This document shows positions 56,441-64,000 of a DNA stretch of 64,000 nt, in pieces. This DNA comes from Octopus sinensis (taxonomy: Eukaryota). How positions within the stretch are numbered: the stretch's first letter is position 1; each line of letters starts with the position of its first letter. The notes below the pieces were generated by a model that worked only from the letters and a program-made list of their open reading frames with translations, was not told the DNA's origin and did no database searches. The stretch covers positions 496,001 through 560,000 of the forward strand of contig NW_021833065.1 in NCBI RefSeq assembly GCF_006345805.1. The letters are read 5' to 3'. The position numbers were made by a program, and so were the translations under genes.

Positions 56441-58070
56441 GCTCTGTCACTACTCTCTTCTGATCCACAATCCAATGTTTGAAAAAAGGCCCACCACACT
56501 GTACATTAACGATCTGAATGCTGCCACCACCAACAGCGCTTATTCGTACTCGGATATGTCAAGGTTCTCTCAACATATCCTTTTGCACACAGACATCAAC
56601 TCTTTGTGACGTAGGCATCTTATGTCAAATCTATATATCCTCTGCGAACAGATAGCTCGAAATCATCCTCTAATAAGGCATGGCAATTTTGTTTCTTCTT
56701 GTAGCACAAAGACACAACAGAATCCCTGGACATACGAAGGAAGCAGTCTTGTACCTCACCATCTCTACTCTTGGGCAACACGCAGTAACTATTAATGCTA
56801 GGTTTCACAATCTCTTATGATCCCCTTTGGTGAATTCACACCCGAAACAATACCGGAAGTGAATATATAAGAATACTTTTCTTCTCTCCAAGAATACGAA
56901 ATGCTTCCGCTCTGATCAGCTACAAACTCTGTAGCAAACCCGAGTAAGATCCACAACGGAATAATTTCACACTTGGGACGGTGCTGCTGCTCTCCTTCCA
57001 ACATTCTCTACTGCATCTGTAAGAAAGCTATTCAACTAATTAGCAAAGACACAATCCCATCATCATACTAGATCCTTCAGTGGGGTGATAACTATTCTTG
57101 TCTCCTGCAACACCACAAAGACCTTATCACTACACATATTACACACAACATTATCGCATCTCTCCCTAAATATGAACACGCGATTATAACCTTCAAGGCT
57201 GATTGATACACATGCTAGATGTCAGCATTTACTGATGATCTCGCCAACGAAAATACACATTCACCTTTGTAGAGACTGCATCAAAAAGATCGGCATTCTT
57301 CTTCAGGGCCAGAAAATGCTTCAATTTCCAACAAATTCTAACCTATTAAGTTTAACTGTGACCCAAAGTACTGCTCAAACATCTGGGACGCTGCAGCTAC
57401 TACGCACACAAACATCCACCAAACGGTTACTCGACTGGCTGACATTAAGGCCTCTCTCTCTCTCTCACACACTCACACCAACTTCTGTTCCATAGATCCA
57501 CTGTCTCCTCTTTCCGATTCTTCATCTACCACAACTAATAGAGTGACGTCTACGTTTCAGAGGTTACTTGCCTCATGCCACCTCTACTCAGACATTTCCG
57601 ACTCGCTCTTGTTATATCTTCCTTTCGTCACTCAAGCTTACTCCCCCCACCAAGGCTTTTCACTAATCATTACGTTCAATTTTCCTCGCCAGAGCGTCGG
57701 CCACTTAGAAATTTTACCCTTAAGCATGTTTTTCCTGCTGCCGTCGACTTGGAACTGTTCACGAGAAACGTTAACTTCTTTGGGCTGATTATACTGCCAT
57801 CCCTCTATTCTACCTGTAATAATACTACTACAATAGTCTCCGCATGTTGGAACTAACAATTACGTAATTCATCGATCCAGACTCACTTGACAGTATTTAC
57901 CATACTCTACCCCTCCACCGATCCTCATTAACCACATATGCTAAATCCTTACTCATAAAGAGTGTCAACCCTCTGGAATTTCCTTCCTACCTAGTTTTTT
58001 CCTACAGACGTCGATTTACAAAATTTCAAACAGCTTCCACCTAATCGATCTCGAATGGTCTGTGCAGGTC
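55450..58070 (+). mobile_element. CR1-type LINE body (RT to C-terminus), decayed, probably two nested copies
   Basis: GPE..CASELA..IWKH..NYRHIALIS; VWHAGLLSKL; LYINDL..YSD; thumb region occurs twice; C-terminal VFP..DL..F motif at about 57740 and 58000. Confidence 0.85.
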
Positions 58071-58289
58071 ACTGATACGGTGCCCTGCTTGATTAAACTT
58101 CAAAATAGCTGATTTATCAAAGATGAAGTATATAGAAACGAACCATTACTGGTACTGATCTGGAGCTAAGCAACAGCAACCACAACTGTTAGAATGCATC
58201 TACTTTTTCCAAACTGTATTGTGTGTAGTTCCTTCATGTACGAAGTACCTTGATGCAAAAAGTCTTTAAATATTGTTTTTATTTTCTTT

Positions 58290-58430
58290 CTAATATTTCA
58301 AAATTTTGGCACAAGGCAAGCAATGTCGGTGGAGGGACCAAGGTGGTTATATCGACCCTGAAAGGATGAAAGGTAAAGCTAACCTCGGCGGAATTTGAAC
58401 TCAGAACGTAAAGACGGACGAAATGCCTCT
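58290..58430 (-). mobile_element. SINE family A, head truncated
   Basis: Core plus caaaattttggcacaagg tail. Confidence 0.85.
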
Positions 58431-61400
58431 CGCCTCGCCGTCGCTCGTCCTCTGCTCATTCATCCATATGTTGGTTTGGAGCTTCAGTACATAACTGTAC
58501 CCAACTCTGCACTTTTCTCGACGGGAAAACGCCCAACCAAAGAATTGAGCACGGCACATTCTCTGCAGCAGCCAGCGGCCAGCCGTGCATTTTTCATAAC
58601 AGATCGGATATCCCACGCCCGCTGCCTCGTAGATACAGGTGCTGCCTGCAGTATCTGGCCGTTAAAACTCCTCGCGGATAAACTGCTGTTATCACCAGTG
58701 ACTCTACAGGCGGCGAACCATTCACTGATTCCAACTTTCGGTCAGATATCTCGTTCGTTGGATTTAGATTTGCGACGTGACTTTAAGTGGATTTTTACAG
58801 TCGCAGATCTCCTTTACCAATATTAGGTGCAGACCTTTTGCACCACTTACACCTTCTTATGGATATACGCACTCGGCGCTTATGGGACGCAACCACAGAA
58901 CTTTCTATCCCAGGTAAAAGGCCACTAACCTCTGCGGTAAGTCCAGTCTTTTTCATTGCTGTCACGGACGACTTATACCTTACACTTTTAAACTCATATC
59001 CGGAGCTGACTAACCTAAATTTTTTTATTGCTTCTCCAACTCACACCACCACCCATTTCATCGAAGCCGGTTTTTTCTCGACCTCACCGTCTCTCCTCGG
59101 AGAAGCTAAATGCGGTCAAGGCAGAATTTAACCACATGCATCATCCGCCCCTCTAATAGCCCCTGAGCGTCGCCCTTGCCCATGGTTCCAAAGCGTTCCG
59201 AGGACTGACGACCCACTAGTGACTACAGGAGATTATACTCCATCACGGTGCCAGACGGGTACCCAACACTCTACATTTAGGATTTTGCGTCATCTCTCCA
59301 CAACTGCAGAGTACTCACCAAAATGGACTTGGTTAAGGCATACCATCAGATTCCTGTGAATCCAGAGGATATTTCAACGGCTGCCGTAACCACTCCTTTT
59401 GGCGCTTTCGAATTCCGAACTATGGAATTCAACTAGCACATTTCAACCAGGACATTACGGAATTCAACCAGCACATTTCAAAGGTTCATAGACGAAGTCG
59501 TCCGACACTTAGACTTCGTCTATGCGTACATCGACGACATCTTGATAGCTAGCGCCTCACTCGAAGAACATCTCCATCATGTACGTCAGCTGTTTGGGCG
59601 GTTCAAGACTTACCAAGTGCGGATCAATCCTACCAAATGTGTTTTCGGCGTATCTTCTTTGACCTTCCTAGGTCACGTCATCAGCCCCGAAGACATATCG
59701 CCACTGCCTGACAAGGTGAAGGCAATGCAGGAGTTATCTCCACCCACCTCGTTACGTCAGCTCCGACATTTCTTGGGACTATTCAACTTCTATTGGCGCT
59801 TTGTTCCTCATTCAGATGAAATCCTATATCTGCTAAACACACTCCTTCGGAATAGTAAAAAGAGGAATGAGTCGATAACGTTGGACTCCACCCAACTTGA
59901 CTCCTTCAACACAGCAAAGCAGCAACTTGCTCAGGCATCGCTTCTTGCTCACCCTGTTGCGGACGCTCAGCTATCCCCTGTAGAGGATGCATCCAACACT
60001 CCCATAGGCGCGGTATTACAACAATTTCACCAGCAACAACTCCAGCCTCTTACCTTTTTCTCTCGGCAGCTTAGACCAGCTGAAACTCGCCACAGCACTT
60101 TCGGGCGGGAGCTGTTAGCTATGCATTTAGCAGCCAAATATTTACGGCACACACTCGAGGGATGCCAATTGACGATTTTTACGGGCCACCGTTCACTCAC
60201 TTTTGCCCTGCGCTCGAAGCCTGACAAGTACTCTCAGCGGGAAACCAGGCACTTGGATTTCATTTCCCAATTTACCGCCGACATCCGCCATATTTCTGGT
60301 GTAGATAACACTGCAGCAGACGCCTTATCGCGCCTACCACTGAATTCACTGTCGTCACTCAGATATCGACCTGCATCTCCTGGCTAAAGATCAACCTCGC
60401 TTAGAGGCAATTGATATATCTTCACCTGCCTTTTCCACATGCAACTTCAAGTACTTCCCAGTACCCACAGCTGACGCACAGATTTTGTGCGATACTTTCA
60501 CGAGTTCTCCTCGTCCTTTTGTTCCGGAGACCCACATACAAACAGTCTTCAGCACACTGCCTAACCTGTCACACCTTGGCGTCACCGCCACAGTGAAACT
60601 CATTTAGGCTAGAGTCTTTTGGTCAAATATGAGACGAGACATCACTGCTTGATCACGCTCCTGTCTTTTCTGCCAGAAGTCAAAGGTGCATAGGCACATC
60701 CGTGCACCCCTTGGCACATTCAACATACCAGATGTGCGTTTCAACCATGTGCACATCAACCTTGTTGGACCTTGGCCAGTCAGCCAGGGATACACCTACT
60801 TGCTCACCTGCATTGATCGTTTCACACGTCGGCCGGAAGCTATTCCTTTAGTGGATATCACTGCAGAATCTGTTGCCAAACCTTTCCTCACAGGATGGAT
60901 ATCACAGTACGGAGTCCGTCCCACCATCACTACCGACCGTGGAAAACAGTTTGAATTGCAACTCTTCCATGAGTTTACAAAGACCATAGGTGCACGTCGG
61001 ATTCGAACCATCAGTTACCATCCACAATCCAACGGTATGGTGGAACAATTCCAACGTCAAATGAAAGCTGCTTTGCGTGCTTACTCAGATCGGCAGCGTT
61101 GTAGCGAATATCTTCCAATAGTCCTTCTTGGCTGTCGAGCCTCGATAAAGGAGGATCTCGGTTACTCCTCAGCAGAACTTGTTTATGGCACACCTGTTTT
61201 GTTGCCAGGCCAGATGTTGGCACCAGTAGATCTGCCTACACAAGACCCCACTATATACATACACAGACTTCGCAAATACATACAAGAACTGCCGCCCATG
61301 TCAACACGACACCAAACCACTAAATCATCAGTTCCAAAAGGCATTGATTCTTGGACCCATGTATTTCTACGAAACGACGCTGTGAAAACCCCTCTCACAT

Positions 61401-61696
61401 CTCCATACACGGGACTCTATCGCACAGAGACAAACTATATACCATAGACATTAATGGTAAAAAGGAAACTGTCTCAATAGACAGGCTTAAGCGGTTATAC
61501 ACAGACAGTGATACAATATCACCTCATACACCTCCCAAATTCACAGTACAACATAAAACAAACGCTACTCCACTGCAACCACCATCAACACCATCACATA
61601 CACCGATCCCTCCTCCATCTACATACGTCACTTCGACTTGTAGTGGTCGCCGTGTACATCGGCCCATTAAGCTGCCGAAAACTATATACATCTGAA

Positions 61697-61927
61697 GGCG
61701 GTGAGCTGGCAGAAACGTTAGCGCGCCGGGCGAAATGCTTAGCGGTATTTCGTCTGTCGTTACGTTCTGAGTTCAAATTCCGCCGAGGTCGACTTTGCCT
61801 TTCATCCTTTCGGGGTTGATAAATAAAGTACCAGTTTCGCACTGGGGTCGATGTAATCAACTTAATCCCTTTGTCTGTCCTTGTTTGTCCCCTCTATGTT
61901 TCGCCCCTTGTGGGTAGTAAAGAATTA
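61697..61927 (+). mobile_element. SINE family A, near-consensus, with TSD, inserted at the Gypsy pol stop
   Basis: 14-bp TSD TATATACATCTGAA at 61683-61696 and 61928-61941. Confidence 0.96.
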
Positions 61928-62240
61928 TATATACATCTGAACTATAATGAACTATTTGTGAACTCACCAAAGACTTTTCAACACGTATCACCAACGACGC
62001 AGTTTTGTTCTTCACAGTATTCCTTCGAACTTTACCTAATTGACTTGAGCATTTTGCTCATTTCTGTGTTCATATTCTGTTTACCCTTGCCATGCTTTTC
62101 CTTTACATTTCAGTTTCTCATTTTTCGTTGTGTTGCATCCTTCTGTTTGTATTCCATGTTATTACCTGCTTCTTGCACTGCATATTTACATACGCCATCT
62201 CTATTTTTTTCTCGACTTTTCCAAATCTAGCAGGAGGCTA

Positions 62241-62490
62241 TGTAGCAGAGGTACATATTACATAGTAATATGTGAGTCGACCTGCACAGCAGACGAATAT
62301 ATCGATGAGGCATCTAGCCTAGCTTTGATAAACTAGCCTCGTTTTGATACAGTAGCCTCGTTCTGAGACACTAGCCTCATTCTGAGCTCCACTGTAGAAA
62401 CATCCTCAGTTCCTGCTAGGCTTCGGTCAAAAGGTGAACACCACAAAAGGTAAACACAAAATAAACAATATATTTAAAGACAAAAATGTC
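62241..62490 (+). mobile_element. Candidate Gypsy 3' LTR (right end uncertain)
   Basis: Purine-rich AGCAGGAGG tract then TGTAGC start; 4x19-bp tandem repeat; AATAAA at 62460-62465. Confidence 0.6.
62315..62390. repeat. 4x19-bp tandem repeat (TAGCCTCGTTYTGAKAMAS-like)
   Basis: Units start at 62315, 62334, 62353 and 62372. Confidence 0.9.
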
Positions 62491-62499
62491 TTATGGTGA

Positions 62500-64000
62500 T
62501 TCATACTGTTTTTCCATTTACTAACACGCACTTGAACAGCCAACGACTGCCGCTATAAGCCCAAAGGCCGAGGAGCACAATGGAAGTTCCTATCACCCTT
62601 CTCGGTCTATGATGTTTCTAAGTAAAACCACTGCAGCCAGAAATTAAAATTGTGTCATTAACAAAGCTAACTGCAAGATTGTTCCAAAATGTGGAACAAT
62701 CTTGCATTCTCGTGAGGATGGAGGTGGGTGTTGCTACAATTCTTCAGAGATACGGTTCTCGAATTTAGAATAATGATTAAAGTCTCGGAGAGTGTGACAT
62801 TGCTCTTCTTTCTTGATGGGAATTACGAGCTTTGATGATGTTGACTTTTGAGATAATCAGCCAGTGATCTGTCCACTTATCATCAGCACTTCCGATGGTT
62901 CTAATGACGTGAACTTCTGCTCGATCAGTGGCTCTGTTGTTAATATAGTTTATGAAATACCAATGTTTTGAGCTCAAATGCTTTGATCGGAGTCCAGAGT
63001 TGGTGCATATACACTGATAGTGACGATGTGAGTTCTCCCTATGAGTAGAAGTTTCACAGAGATGATTCTTTTATTGATGGCATTAGGAATGGTGTTTCAT
63101 GCTGCTAGTTTTGACGGCAAATCCAACCTCATGCAATCTTCAATCTCCTCTTGGATTCTCCTCGTAAAAGAATGTGTTACCGGCTCTAATTGCAGTCATT
63201 TGCTCTTCGTCAGATAGTCATGTCTCACTTAATGCTGTAATGTCGGCATTGTATCTTTCAAGTTCTTTCCAGATAAGAATAGTTCTTTCTGGGATTTCGC
63301 AGTCAGTTTCCCTTCCATCCATCAGTATACGGGCATTCAAAATCCTAAGCACCAATGCAGTTCAAGAAAAAAAATTTCGATTATTCCCACCACATTCAGG
63401 ATGAGCCTGTCAGACACGGTCATCTGATACAACTTTGGTGTTAAGTCAGGCGATTCTTAGGTTACACTTTCTAATCCCTTCCTCATTCGAGGCGAGTGGC
63501 GCTGAACCAAAATAGATCAGACCGAAATTCCAAGGCTGTCTTAGTTCATTGAAATGACGATCATCGATCCTTCGCTACTAAGAATGCAAGAATAATCCAA
63601 GAGACTTTCACTATTCACTGCACTCGTCTCCTTTAGACTCATTCCATCGTCCTTCTTCGACTTACGTTTCAGAAATTAGTAGGTGATATTTGTGTGATTG
63701 AGGGAATTGATTGTAGCCTCGAAAACCTTATAACTTGATTGAGTCTGGCCTACTTCTAGGAGACACATGAATCCATATTACAGGGATCAAAATCAGGGTT
63801 GCTGACTTACCCATGCTGTTTTGTAGCCACCGTTGTCTAGACGGTTCGGCTCTTCCACCAGCGATGGATACTAGAGTAACAGTTGTTCTGCGTCATGATT
63901 AGGTTTATTTGAAAGCAGTAAAACTCATCTTGTCGCAAAGATCGGCGTTGGGATTGAGAGTTCCTGTGAATCAGCAGTGTCACCTGCTGATTCCTCTACC
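62500..64000 (-). mobile_element. RTE-BovB-like LINE 5' region (5'UTR plus APE endonuclease), decayed
   Basis: LNARILMD..PERTILIWKELERYNADITALSET*L..FFY..HEVGFAVK; WTDHWLIISK; FWNNL..GFT*KH. Confidence 0.85.

Larger units (their letters stand above)
58440..62490 (+). mobile_element. Decayed Gypsy/Ty3 LTR retrotransposon: gag end, PR-RT-RNaseH-IN, PPT and partial 3' LTR; 5' LTR not seen
   Basis: LVDTGA (DTG 58632-58640); YIDD 59527-59538; DAS..ELLA..ADALSR; integrase DRG/NGMVE with first Asp changed to Asn; PYTGLY; SGRRVH; multiple stops. Confidence 0.93.

Noticed and set aside
62315-62390. CRISPR-like array (also the SINE B modules)
   Set aside because: Head-to-tail units without unique spacers or embedded in a SINE; eukaryotic context; no cas genes
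62241-62738. TGTAGCA...TGCTACA as both ends of a 498-bp LTR
   Set aside because: 62500-62760 translates on the minus strand as RTE post-endonuclease sequence (FENRISEEL*QH..WNNL..GFT*KH), so the TGCTACA match is probably chance

Overview
AT-rich, repeat-saturated eukaryotic DNA. The tRNA-derived SINE families match those I recall from octopus genomes (inference, no search run). None of the supplied ORFs is a complete host gene, but two spliced genes can be read from the sequence. (1) Beta-ureidopropionase UPB1, minus strand: 8 coding exons from ATG 16253 to 622, continuing off the left edge, with catalytic E-K-C triad intact. (2) The Shu-complex SWIM-finger gene ZSWIM7/SWS1, plus strand: six well-supported exons 33032-42665 including 22-nt and 26-nt micro-exons, plus a tentative first exon at 30412-30421, giving about 138 aa. 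The rest is a dense TE record: several SINE families, two decayed Gypsy pol regions, CR1-type, RTE, L1/Tx1, R4/Dong-like and Penelope fragments, non-autonomous Helitrons, and piggyBac-, mariner- and Merlin-like MITEs. Points of most interest: a fold-back MITE family with GG termini, 8-bp TSDs and internal (TTAGGG)n-like arrays; a LINE with a twin-priming-like 5' inversion; Dong-like elements sitting in (TAA)n arrays; a Helitron inside a Helitron with an empty-site control in the same window; many local inverted or templated duplications; and a CpG-poor 17.7-29 kb interval that may hide a further transcription unit. I found no CRISPR, rRNA or true tRNA genes, and no clearly new biological system beyond these leads. 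TE boundaries without TSDs are approximate.
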